Made by a program: the position numbers and the translations under genes
Origin: an uncultured Dehalococcoidales bacterium
Lineage (GTDB): Bacteria > Chloroflexota > Dehalococcoidia > Dehalococcoidales > UBA5760
Reading direction: 5' to 3'
NCBI GenBank assembly: GCA_964644205.1
Contig: CAZXVG010000001.1
Coordinates: forward strand, 1 to 24,579
Length of the DNA: 24,579 bases
Shown here: in pieces, positions 8,623-16,996 of the stretch
How the letters are laid out: each line of letters opens with the position of its first letter
Position numbering within the stretch: the first letter of the stretch is position 1
The notes under the pieces: model-generated
What the model was told of the DNA's origin: nothing
The model's input: only the letters and a program-made list of their open reading frames with translations
The model's database searches: none

Positions 8623-9063
8623 CTATTCCCCTAAAAGGAGCTTCAGTTCCGTGATATGCTCCTGCTCGTCCTGGATTACGTGCCGCACGGTGTGTTCCAG
8701 CTGGAAGTATTCGTACTTGAGCTCGTCACGCATCTCCCGGATCTTGTCCAGTATCCCCAGATAAAAGTCAACGGCGTGCTTTTCGTCGTTAAGATTGACC
8801 TTGAGGATGTTGTTCGTTTCCTTGGCCGGATGGGTTTCCGCGATGCCCATCGACGGTACGCCGCCGAGGTAGGCGCCGATTAGTTCGCGGAACATGTCCT
8901 CGTGGCCTTTCTCGTCGTCGGCAAGCTCCTTCAGCCGGGCGATTATCGGCTCGGCGTTTATCCCGCTGACGCACTCGGCATGAGAGAGGTACTGTATCCG
9001 CGCCGCGTGCTCTAGCTCGAGGGCCTGGTTCATCATCCGAAGTAGTTCATCCTTTTTCGCCAT
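8623..9063 (-). CDS. ferritin-like / bacterioferritin-like diiron protein
   Basis: Four-helix ferroxidase pattern: ALELEHAARIQY, DEKGH, DEKHAVDFY, DEQEH; AAGGAGG RBS. Confidence 0.85.
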   Translation of the reverse strand: MAKKDELLRMMNQALELEHAARIQYLSHAECVSGINAEPIIARLKELADDEKGHEDMFRELIGAYLGGVPSMGIAETHPAKETNNILKVNLNDEKHAVDFYLGILDKIREMRDELKYEYFQLEHTVRHVIQDEQEHITELKLLLGE

Positions 9064-9096
9064 TATATGGTCACCTCCTTTATTTCTGGCACCCCC

Positions 9097-9161
9097 ATTT
9101 TAGGTAAGCGGCTATTGAAAAGTAATAAAATTAGTGGCCAGGAAGTTACAAAAAGATAACA
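9097..9161 (-). promoter_or_regulatory. 65-bp shared promoter module, copy 4 (ferritin-like gene)
   Basis: Minus strand reads TGTTATCTTTTTGTAACTTCCTGGCCACTAATTTTATTACTTTTCAATAGCCGCTTACCTAAAAT; -10 TAAAAT. Confidence 0.78.
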
Positions 9162-9218
9162 TTTCGCTGAAGTTTACCGGGAAGGCCGATTTTCTGTTCC
9201 TGAATGGGCCCGGTTATC

Positions 9219-10133
9219 TCATTTACCCTCCCTCAAATCCCTCAGCCTTTGCTGGGCCCTTTCCAGGGAAGTGGCGCCGCGCCACATACCCTGCCAGGGG
9301 TCTTTTTTCTGAGAGAGGCGGCGGAATATGTTCTTAATGTTGTAGCTCCGGGAGTTAAAATTCGGGGCGGTTACCCCCTCCCAGTCCACGGGGGCCGCTA
9401 CCGGCGCCCCGGGCCTGGCTCTTACCGCGTAGGGCAGTACCGCAGTCTGCCCGTAGCTGTTGCGGAGATAGTCCAGAAAGACCCGCCCCCGCCTTTTGTC
9501 CTTACGCTGTTCGCTGGTTAGCGCCTCGGGTTCCTGCTCCGCTAGTGTCCTGGCTACCTCCTGAGCGAAGCCGTGCACCTCGTCGAAGCCGGCGCTCCCG
9601 TTCAGGGGGACGACCACGTGAAGGCCGCGCGAGCCGGTGGTCTTTACCCGGGGCGCAAGCCCCAGCCCTTCCAGGAGCTTTCTTAGGGAAAGCACCGCCC
9701 ACCGGACGGGCTCAAAGTCATCGTCCGGGGGGTCGAGGTCGAAGACGGCTAGGTCGGGTTGGTCCAGGTGGCCCTTGCGGCTCAGCCAGGCGTGGGGGGT
9801 TATGCAGGCCTGGTTAGCCAGGTAGACCAGGGTGGCCGCATTCTGGCAGGCCACATGGCTAGTGCTGCCGCCCTCCTTTTTCACGGTGATGCGCTCTATC
9901 CAGTCCGGGAAATACTCGGGCGCCTCCTGCTGGTAGAACCCGTTCCCGTTTATGCCGTCAGGGAAGCGGTGCAGGGTGAGGGGTCTATCCTTGACGTAGG
10001 GGAGCATTACCCGGGCAATCCGGCGATAGTAGTCTATCAAATCGCCCTTGGTGAGGCCGCTTTCCGGATAAAAGAGCTTGTCCGTGTTGGATAGCTCTAT
10101 GGTGTGGTGACCGATAGCGAGCTTGTTAGCCAT
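9219..10133 (-). CDS. stand-alone LigD polymerase (primase-polymerase) domain protein
   Basis: LSNTDKLFYP, LTLHRFPDGI, DLAVFDLDP, KTTGSRGLHV, FLDYLRN. Start set at ATG 10133 (MANKL), an 8-bp overlap with the upstream stop. Confidence 0.92.
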   Translation of the reverse strand: MANKLAIGHHTIELSNTDKLFYPESGLTKGDLIDYYRRIARVMLPYVKDRPLTLHRFPDGINGNGFYQQEAPEYFPDWIERITVKKEGGSTSHVACQNAATLVYLANQACITPHAWLSRKGHLDQPDLAVFDLDPPDDDFEPVRWAVLSLRKLLEGLGLAPRVKTTGSRGLHVVVPLNGSAGFDEVHGFAQEVARTLAEQEPEALTSEQRKDKRRGRVFLDYLRNSYGQTAVLPYAVRARPGAPVAAPVDWEGVTAPNFNSRSYNIKNIFRRLSQKKDPWQGMWRGATSLERAQQRLRDLREGK

Positions 10134-10716
10134 GCCCTGACTCCAGCTGCTCAAGGGTTCTTCCGCTGAGGACAGACTTTGGCTCCGTTTTCACCGGGTT
10201 CCGTCTATCGTCCGCCTTTTCATCACGCATCTTGACCAGCAGCCACTTCTTCCTGTCCCCCAGCGCCGTCAGGGCATAGCCGCCCTCCAGCTTCTTCCCC
10301 TTGAGCCAGACGGCGATATGCCCCTTTTTCAGGGCTTCTGCCATCGGGGTTTCCCGGCCCTTTTCTTCTGTCAGGTTGTGGTAGGTGCCGCTGTCCCAGA
10401 CTATCACCTTACCGGCGCCGTACTCCCCTTCCGGTATCATCCCCTCGAAGCCGGCATACTCCAGGGGGTGGTCTTCGGTGCGCATGGCCAGGCGCTTCTC
10501 AGCCGGGTCTGTCGAGGGGCCTTTAGGCACCGCCCAGGAAACGAGTACCCCGCCGATTTCCAGACGGAAATCGTAGTGGAGGCTTGAGGCGTCGTGCTTC
10601 TGGACAACGTATCTCGGCAATTTGGCCGGTTCCGCGCCCTCTTCCCCGGAAGGCTCTGAGGTGCGCCCGAAGTCTCGTTTCCGCCGGTACTCTCTCAAAG
10701 ACCCTTCTTTACTCAT
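10126..10716 (-). CDS. stand-alone LigD 3'-phosphoesterase domain protein
   Basis: LREYRRKRDFGRTSEP, YVVQKHDASSLHYDFRLE, SWAVPKGPS, RTEDHPLEY, YGAGKVIVWDSGTY. Confidence 0.93.
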   Translation of the reverse strand: MSKEGSLREYRRKRDFGRTSEPSGEEGAEPAKLPRYVVQKHDASSLHYDFRLEIGGVLVSWAVPKGPSTDPAEKRLAMRTEDHPLEYAGFEGMIPEGEYGAGKVIVWDSGTYHNLTEEKGRETPMAEALKKGHIAVWLKGKKLEGGYALTALGDRKKWLLVKMRDEKADDRRNPVKTEPKSVLSGRTLEQLESGHG

Positions 10717-10726
10717 ATTTCTCTCC

Positions 10727-11479
10727 TTACGGATTACCCGTCTGGCTGCCTCCCAGCATTTCTTTTAGCTTCAGGGCGTTCTCGGCGGCATATCCCTTTT
10801 CATCGTTGTCAAAGTAGCAGTATACCTCTTTCCCTTCGCCGGCCCAGTTGGAAAACGACTCCGCCCAGTCTGTGAGCGCTTCCTGGCCATAGCTTCCGGT
10901 ATAGGCGCCGTCCGGGCCGTGCAGCCTGACATAGACGAAGTCGCTGGTTACCGAACGCGGCGACTGTCTTCCCTCGAAGTCGTATATGCAGAAGGCGGCG
11001 CCCCTTTCGGCCAGGGCGTCTTCGGTCTGCTTACCGAACCAGCTCGGGTTACGGAACTCGAAGGCGTATCTACGACCCTGGGGCAGGGCCCTGAGGAAGC
11101 CCTCCAGCCTCTCGATGTTTGGTTTCCAGTGCGGCGGCAGCTGAAACAGGATTGGCCCCAGTTTATCCCCCAGCGTGGCTACCCGCTCCCCGAGGTTGGC
11201 CAGCGGCTCTGCCGGGTCCTTGAGCTTTTTCATATGGGTCATATAGCGGCTGGCCTTGACGGAGAACCGGAAGCCCTCCGGCACCGAGTCCCGCCACCTG
11301 GCGAAGGTCTCCTTCTCCGGCAGCCGATAGAAGGTGTTGTTGATTTCCGCGGTCTGGAAGTGCTGCGCATAGTATTCCAGCATGCGGCTGTCGGGCAGTT
11401 CTCGGGGGTAGAAGGGGCCCTTCCAGTGCTGGTAGTGCCACCCGGACGTCCCGATGTGTATCGATTTCGGTTCTCTCAA
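10727..11479 (-). CDS. DUF72 (YecE/YunF-like) TIM-barrel protein
   Basis: IHIGTSGWHY, EINNTFY, FSVKASRYMTH, LFQLPP, AFEFRNPSW, YVRLHG, YCYFDND; TTG start. Confidence 0.92.
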   Translation of the reverse strand: MREPKSIHIGTSGWHYQHWKGPFYPRELPDSRMLEYYAQHFQTAEINNTFYRLPEKETFARWRDSVPEGFRFSVKASRYMTHMKKLKDPAEPLANLGERVATLGDKLGPILFQLPPHWKPNIERLEGFLRALPQGRRYAFEFRNPSWFGKQTEDALAERGAAFCIYDFEGRQSPRSVTSDFVYVRLHGPDGAYTGSYGQEALTDWAESFSNWAGEGKEVYCYFDNDEKGYAAENALKLKEMLGGSQTGNP

Positions 11480-11543
11480 TCTGCTCTCTCTTGCTTCTAT
11501 AATGGGACACGCCTTTAGGCTGAGCCATTGGCCGCGCAGCTAA

Positions 11544-11608
11544 ATTCAACATCCTTTCCCGTGTAAAAATCATAAAATCGGGCCCTTGAATCTGACATTT
11601 GTGTAACA
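11544..11608 (-). promoter_or_regulatory. 65-bp shared promoter module, copy 5 (DUF72-LigD operon)
   Basis: Minus strand reads TGTTACACAAATGTCAGATTCAAGGGCCCGATTTTATGATTTTTACACGGGAAAGGATGTTGAAT; half-sites conserved, -10 weaker (TTGAAT). Confidence 0.62.
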
Positions 11609-11637
11609 TTTTACACCTACGTTTCCCGCATCCAAAA

Positions 11638-11702
11638 TGTCATGGTTTTGTAAGTTTTTGCCCCGCGGTTTTATGACTTTTTGATGCCGTCGGGTGTAGA
11701 TT
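11638..11702 (+). promoter_or_regulatory. 65-bp shared promoter module, copy 6 (Lrp-domain/HesB-like/usp operon)
   Basis: TGTCATGGTTTTGTAAGTTTTTGCCCCGCGGTTTTATGACTTTTTGATGCCGTCGGGTGTAGATT; -10 TAGATT. Confidence 0.78.
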
Positions 11703-11742
11703 ACCTATCGGCTTGCGGGAATCTTGGAGAAGGAGGTGGCAC

Positions 11743-12030
11743 ATGCTGTCCAAGGCTTTTGTCCTCATTGAGACGGAGAGGGGTAAGGCTAGAGAGATTA
11801 ACCGGTTGCTGCGCAGGTTCAAGGAGATAATGTCAACCGACCTGGTGACGAACCCCTATGATATAATAGCGCTTGTCGAGGGAAGGACGGAGAAACAGCT
11901 TGAGGACTTTGTCAGTCAGGAACTGCGCTCGATTGACGGTATTACCCGGATGGTATTTTGCGAGGTAGTGCCGGCGGTGAGTCAAACGATGAGCCAAAGA
12001 GGGGTATCTAGGAGCCCGCTTTTGCTCTGA
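11743..12030 (+). CDS. Lrp/AsnC ligand-binding (RAM) domain-only protein
   Basis: KAFVLIETERG...LVTNPYDIIALVE...IDGITR; no HTH. Start moved to ATG 11743 with AGGAGG RBS. Confidence 0.85.
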   Translation: MLSKAFVLIETERGKAREINRLLRRFKEIMSTDLVTNPYDIIALVEGRTEKQLEDFVSQELRSIDGITRMVFCEVVPAVSQTMSQRGVSRSPLLL

Positions 12031-12083
12031 AGATACCATCGACCCGCGAAGTTCGTAGGGAATAAAGCCGGGAGGTCTGGCCA

Positions 12084-12371
12084 ATGATTAACTTGAGTGA
12101 CGATGTAAGATGGCTTCTAAAGGACGGGCGTGGGGAGTACTGCGCTAGCGAAGAAATATGTTTCCGGCTCATGCCGCCCACAGGCGGAAGGGTTACCCTT
12201 ATGCTGGACGTGCCGGAGGACGATGATGTCGTCGTGGAAGACGGCGGTGTTATCTTGCTTCTCGTGGGGCGTGGCGTCGCCTCAACCCTGGAGGGGACGA
12301 CCCTGGGTATCCAAGAGACCGAAGCTGGGCCGAGGCTGGTTATAAATCAGCCGTCGGCGGTGCTGGTGTAG
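12084..12371 (+). CDS. HesB/IscA-like fold hypothetical protein
   Basis: Pattern CFRL...LMLDVPEDDDVVVEDGGVILLLVG...LEGTTLG...GPRLVI resembles HesB-like small proteins; GGAGG upstream; lacks the canonical C-terminal CGC. Confidence 0.55.
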   Translation: MINLSDDVRWLLKDGRGEYCASEEICFRLMPPTGGRVTLMLDVPEDDDVVVEDGGVILLLVGRGVASTLEGTTLGIQETEAGPRLVINQPSAVLV

Positions 12372-12374
12372 CTA

Positions 12375-12818
12375 ATGTTTAAAAAGATTCTGGCGTGCCT
12401 GGATGGTTCCAAACTGGCGGAGCAAATCTTGCCTTATGCTGGAGAGCAGGCCTTACGCTTTGAAAGCCAGCTCGTCCTCCTGCATGTACTAGCCCCGACG
12501 GATTTGCCCCCCGCTGCGGGGATAGGGGTCGGAGAGCTCATGAGAAAACAGGCTCAGGCGGAAGCAAAGTTCAAGACTTACCTTGAGCAACTGGCGGAGA
12601 GATTGCTCCGGGAGTATGATTTGCGGGTGGAGAGCGCCGTCGAAAGGGGAACTGTGGGGGAGACTGTTATCAATTACGCCACCCGGAATAGCGTTGAACT
12701 CATTGTGATTGCCACTCACGGCGAGGGCGGGCTGAAAAGGTTATTATTCGGAAGCGTCGTCGATTCTGTGCTGCGAAACTCTGATATACCCGTGCTGGTG
12801 ATTAGACCCGCTGCTTAG
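12375..12818 (+). CDS. universal stress protein (UspA family)
   Basis: MFKKILACLDGS, LIVIATHGEGG...GSVVDSVLRNS. Confidence 0.92.
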   Translation: MFKKILACLDGSKLAEQILPYAGEQALRFESQLVLLHVLAPTDLPPAAGIGVGELMRKQAQAEAKFKTYLEQLAERLLREYDLRVESAVERGTVGETVINYATRNSVELIVIATHGEGGLKRLLFGSVVDSVLRNSDIPVLVIRPAA

Positions 12819-12972
12819 CCTTTTTGTCGCCGCCCCGGCCTTCTATTCTACTCTCTTTGCCTTCAAGCACCTTTTAGGTTTTGAAGAAGCCCCCTATTTC
12901 CGCTGGCCAGTGTTTCTGGGCTTGAGGAATGTCATCTATCCCATCAAATCCGGGTTCGGCAACCGGTACTGC

Positions 12973-15900
12973 TCACTCCCCGAGGTCGAATTGCAGCGTC
13001 TCCCCCGGCGCTAGCTCAAAGGTATCGTCTCCGAAGCCGACGGTTATCGGGGCCAGGGCATAACGCCGTGTGCTTACCGTGAGACGATTCTGGGTGATGA
13101 GCAGGTTTATCCAGTGCTTACGGTAGAGAATGTCAAACCGTAGCTCCTTTAAGTCGCTGGGCAGGGATGGGTTAAGCTGCAGCCGGTCCTGGCGGGCTTC
13201 GATTCCGGCATAACAGCGCTGAACCAGGTCAACGGTGCCCGCCATGGCCCCGAGGTGAATCCCTTCGGGGGTGGTGCCTCCCTGGGTGTCGGAGACGTCG
13301 CTCTCCAGGGCTTCCTGGAACAGGTGCCAGGAAAGCTCGCGCTCCGAGCGGGCCAATACCCAGGCGTGAACCACCCGGCTTAGGGTAGACCCGTGAGAGG
13401 TGCGTTTCAGGTAGTATTCGATGTTCCGGGGGATGGTCTCGTGTTCGAAAGGGTAGTCGAGACGCCGGAATATCTCCCCCAGCTCGTCGGCGGAGAGGAG
13501 ATAGAAGAGCATGAGCACATCGGCCTGTTTGGAGAGTTTATAGCGGTTGGGGGTGTCCCCCTCCGCTTCGAGGATGCGGTCCAGCCGCTGGACGTCCCCG
13601 TACTTTTTCTGGTAGCCCTCCCAGTTAAACTCTGCAAGCTGCTCATAGCCCTCGAACTGGCTGATGATTCCGTCGCCGTGAAAGACGACCCGCATCTTGC
13701 GGCTGATGTCTTCCCAGTGCTCCACCTCATCCCGCCTCAGAGCGAGCTTGTCCCACAGCGCCTCGCGGCGGTCGCCGGGAAGAAGCTCGATTGTCTCCAG
13801 GGCGCGGCACAACACCCAGACGGCCATGATATTGGTGTAGGCGTTGTTATTGATTCCCGGCTCGGCGGAATCGGGATAGGCGTCGTGAAACTCGTCGGGG
13901 CCCATGACGTTATGAATCTCGTAGCGGCCCAGGGAGCGGTTGTAGCGGGCGATACTTGCCCAGAAACGGGCAATCTCGATGAGCATCTCCGCTCCGTAGA
14001 AGGAGAGGAAGTTGATGTCGCCGGTAACCTGGTAGTAGAGCCACACATTGTAGGCGATGGCCAGGTTGATATGGCGCTGCAACTGGGAGTTATCCGCTAT
14101 CCAGCGCCCGGAGCACGGGTTCAGGTGCAGCTTCTGGCTCTCCTCGCGGCCGTTGCTGCCGCTCTGCCAGGGATACATGGCTCCCTGGTAGCCGGCTTGC
14201 CTGGCTGCCCACTGGGCCTCGGGAAGCCGGCGGTAGCGGTACATCAGCAGGGCGCGGGTAATATCTGGAATCCTGAAATTGAGGAAGGGGAAGATAAATA
14301 GCTCGTCCCAGAGGACATGCCCCCGGTAGGCTTCCCCGTGCAGACCCCGGGGCGGGACGCCGGCGTCCACCTCGATGGTGTGCGGTGACACGGTCTGCAG
14401 CAGGTGGAAGATGTGCAGATTGAGGATAAGCGCCACGCGTTCGCTGTCCTTGATGGCGATGTGACTGCGCCGCCACAGGAGGTCCCAGCTCAGGACGTGC
14501 TGCTTGAGCAAATCGTCAAAGCCCGGGGCGTGCCTAAGCTGCTGACACGACTCGATGACGCTTTCCGAGATGGCATGGTCTCGGGAGGTATAGAGGGCGA
14601 TAATCTTCTCGATGGTGGCCTCTTTCCCCTCCTTAAGCTCAAGGGAAAACTCCTGGGCAATGTAGCCCGGTTCTGCTATTACCCGGGGCTTTAGGGAGAG
14701 CCGCTCACCGCCGCAGAACAGCCTGGTTCGTGCCGCCTCGGCGATAAGGATATGCGACTGGTTCGTCTCCATGTGGAGGTAGACCGTTTCCTGGTCAACC
14801 GATTTGGTGCTCACGGGACTAAGGTGGCGGTTTTCTAGCTGCCGGTAGCGCGCCACCCCGCTGTTGGTCACCCGTCCGTCAAGGGCCGAGCTGACGGAGA
14901 TGCGTCCCCCCCAGTTCTCGGGGACGATGGTTGTTTCCAGTCCGGCCAGGTGGGGACTGGCCATGCTGACAAAGCGGCGCTGGAATATCCGTGTTCGGCG
15001 CCCCTTCTCGTCGGCAAAGCGAATCAGTCGGCTGAGTACGCCCTGGCGTATGTTTAGCTCCTGACGGTATTCCAGGAGGTTTGCCTGCTCGACGCTAAAC
15101 CAGTCCCCGTCCTGGAAGCGGAGGTTAACGGGTAGCCAGTTGGGCAGGTTCACCAGGCTCTCGTTCTCGATGGTCTGTCCCTTGACCTCGGTCTTAAGGC
15201 GGTTGTAACAGCCGGCGGCGTAGCTCCCCGGATAGTGGACGCCGTCGGCGCTGGCTTCCGGGGCGGCGCCCCGGGTGGCAAAATAGCCGTTTCCCAGCGT
15301 GCACAGCGCCTCCCGCAGCCCTTCCTCTTCGGGGGCAAAGTTATCATAGGCTATCACCCAGGTGCCCCGGGCGGTCTCCTTTTCGGCCCTCGCCAGAAGC
15401 TCCTCCAGGAACGCCCTGACCTCTTCCGGGCTGCGTAGCGCATAGTGAGCGCTTGTCTTACGATTGCCCCCGCCGACCACGATAGAGATGCCCCGGTCAC
15501 CAATGGCGCCAAAGGCGTCTTCGTCAGTAGTGTCGTCGCCGATGTATACCGGCAGGACCCGTCTCCCGTCGGCGTGTAGCGCCTCGATAAGGTGCATTAG
15601 GGCCTTGCCCTTGTCCCAGTCGATATCCGGTCTCAGTTCCAAGACCTTCTTACCGGCGGACTTCCGTAGTTCCGGGTAGTGTCGGGCTACCTCGTCGAAC
15701 TGCTGCCGCAGCACGTCCAGGTCGGCGGTCTTAACCTGACGGTAGTGGACGGCGATGGCAAAGCGCTTGCGCTCCACCCAGGCTCTGGCTACCTTTAGCC
15801 TCTCGCGTAGCTCCGCCTCCGCCTTGTCCAGCGTGGCCAGGAAGGGTTTACCCACCTCCTGGTCCCGGTACCGTCCCTCCGGGCCGGCGATGTCGAAGCC

Positions 15901-16941
15901 GTGACTGCCGGCGTAGGCAATGTCGCTGATGCCGACCATGTTCTGCACGTCACCGAGGTCGCGGCCGCTGACGATGGCTACCGAGTAATGGTCAGCTAGC
16001 CTTCTGATTACCCGCCTGGTTTCCTCGGGGAGGATGGCCTGGGCGGGCCGGGCGACAATCGGCGTCAGCGTGCCGTCGTAATCGAGAAAGATGACCGGCG
16101 TGTGCTCCCGCAGCCGCTTTAGTATCGCCTCCTTTTTCTCCAGGGCGGAATCAAGGCTCCTTATCGCCCTTGGCCTGTCGGATTTACGGGGCCCGGCCTT
16201 TCCCGTTGCCAGCTCGGATAAATCCCGCACCACGATATCGGCGCCCCGTTTCTTCATCTCTCTAGCCTGACACGTCCGGTCCACCCCGATAACCAGCCCA
16301 AACCCGCCGCGGCGGCCGGCCTCGACGCCGGCCAGCGAGTCCTCCACGATGGCCGTCTTATCGGGGCTCGCGCCGAGGCGCCGGCAGGCTTCGAGGAAGA
16401 TGGCCGGGTCGGGTTTACCCTTCAGCTTGAGCCTGGCGGAATCGACACCGTCCACCTTGACTTCGAAGAGCTCACTGGCCCCGGCTGCCGCGAGCACGGC
16501 CTCGGCGTTACGGCTGGCCGAGATGATTGCGGTATGGATGCCCCTCTTTTTCAGGTTTTTGACTAGTCTGACAGAGGACGGGTAGGCCCGTCCCCCCTCC
16601 TTCTGGAGCCGTTCCAGGAAGTACCGGTTCTTCCGGTTGCCGAGCCCGCAGACGGTATCCCGGTCCGGGCCGTCACCCGGCTTTCCGCGGGGTAGCGAGA
16701 TACCCCGTGAGTCTAAGAAGCCCTTCACCCCGTCGTAGCGCGGCTTACCGTCTACGTAGCGGCGGTAGTCGGTCTCGGCGTCGAATGGCTGAAAGCCCCG
16801 CTCGCCGCCCTGTGCGGCGCGCCGCTTGAGGTAGTCGTCGAACATCTGCTTCCAGGCGGCGGCGTGGATACCGGCGGTGTCGGTTATCACCCCGTCCATA
16901 TCGAAGATTACCGCCTCTATATTCTTAAGGCTAAACCCCAT
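12973..16941 (-). CDS. three-domain fusion: beta-phosphoglucomutase-like HAD + trehalose-6-phosphate phosphatase + GH65 phosphorylase (OtsB1/Rv2006-like architecture)
   Basis: IFDMDGVITDTA, GKPDPAIF, VEDSLAGV (beta-PGM-like); FLDYDGTLTPI, VSGR, KGKA, GDDTTDEDAF (T6PP); LCTLGNGYFATRG, GEAYRGHVLWD, GPDEFH, KQADV, GIHLGAMAG (GH65). Confidence 0.92.
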   Translation of the reverse strand: MGFSLKNIEAVIFDMDGVITDTAGIHAAAWKQMFDDYLKRRAAQGGERGFQPFDAETDYRRYVDGKPRYDGVKGFLDSRGISLPRGKPGDGPDRDTVCGLGNRKNRYFLERLQKEGGRAYPSSVRLVKNLKKRGIHTAIISASRNAEAVLAAAGASELFEVKVDGVDSARLKLKGKPDPAIFLEACRRLGASPDKTAIVEDSLAGVEAGRRGGFGLVIGVDRTCQAREMKKRGADIVVRDLSELATGKAGPRKSDRPRAIRSLDSALEKKEAILKRLREHTPVIFLDYDGTLTPIVARPAQAILPEETRRVIRRLADHYSVAIVSGRDLGDVQNMVGISDIAYAGSHGFDIAGPEGRYRDQEVGKPFLATLDKAEAELRERLKVARAWVERKRFAIAVHYRQVKTADLDVLRQQFDEVARHYPELRKSAGKKVLELRPDIDWDKGKALMHLIEALHADGRRVLPVYIGDDTTDEDAFGAIGDRGISIVVGGGNRKTSAHYALRSPEEVRAFLEELLARAEKETARGTWVIAYDNFAPEEEGLREALCTLGNGYFATRGAAPEASADGVHYPGSYAAGCYNRLKTEVKGQTIENESLVNLPNWLPVNLRFQDGDWFSVEQANLLEYRQELNIRQGVLSRLIRFADEKGRRTRIFQRRFVSMASPHLAGLETTIVPENWGGRISVSSALDGRVTNSGVARYRQLENRHLSPVSTKSVDQETVYLHMETNQSHILIAEAARTRLFCGGERLSLKPRVIAEPGYIAQEFSLELKEGKEATIEKIIALYTSRDHAISESVIESCQQLRHAPGFDDLLKQHVLSWDLLWRRSHIAIKDSERVALILNLHIFHLLQTVSPHTIEVDAGVPPRGLHGEAYRGHVLWDELFIFPFLNFRIPDITRALLMYRYRRLPEAQWAARQAGYQGAMYPWQSGSNGREESQKLHLNPCSGRWIADNSQLQRHINLAIAYNVWLYYQVTGDINFLSFYGAEMLIEIARFWASIARYNRSLGRYEIHNVMGPDEFHDAYPDSAEPGINNNAYTNIMAVWVLCRALETIELLPGDRREALWDKLALRRDEVEHWEDISRKMRVVFHGDGIISQFEGYEQLAEFNWEGYQKKYGDVQRLDRILEAEGDTPNRYKLSKQADVLMLFYLLSADELGEIFRRLDYPFEHETIPRNIEYYLKRTSHGSTLSRVVHAWVLARSERELSWHLFQEALESDVSDTQGGTTPEGIHLGAMAGTVDLVQRCYAGIEARQDRLQLNPSLPSDLKELRFDILYRKHWINLLITQNRLTVSTRRYALAPITVGFGDDTFELAPGETLQFDLGE

Positions 16942-16987
16942 GCCGCCTTTCTCCCGTTACCCGGATAGGCCCCATCCAGTTAGGTCT

Positions 16988-16996
16988 AGTCTACCA
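16988..16996 (-). promoter_or_regulatory. extended -10 (TGGTAGACT) upstream of the trehalose fusion gene
   Basis: TGn-TAGACT about 47 bp upstream of the ATG; no recognisable -35 and no copy of the shared module. Confidence 0.4.

Noticed and set aside
11599-11617. Rex or CRP/FNR operator
   Set aside because: TGTAA-N4-TTACA does not fit TGTGAA-N4-TTCACA, TGTGA-N6-TCACA or TTGAT-N4-ATCAA; left unassigned.
13393-14301. 302-aa plus-strand ORF and other long antisense/overlapping ORFs (e.g. 5220-5915, 2922-3551, 1532-2170, 18976-19605)
   Set aside because: Shadow frames of GC-rich genes with clear family motifs on the other strand; no motifs or RBS of their own.
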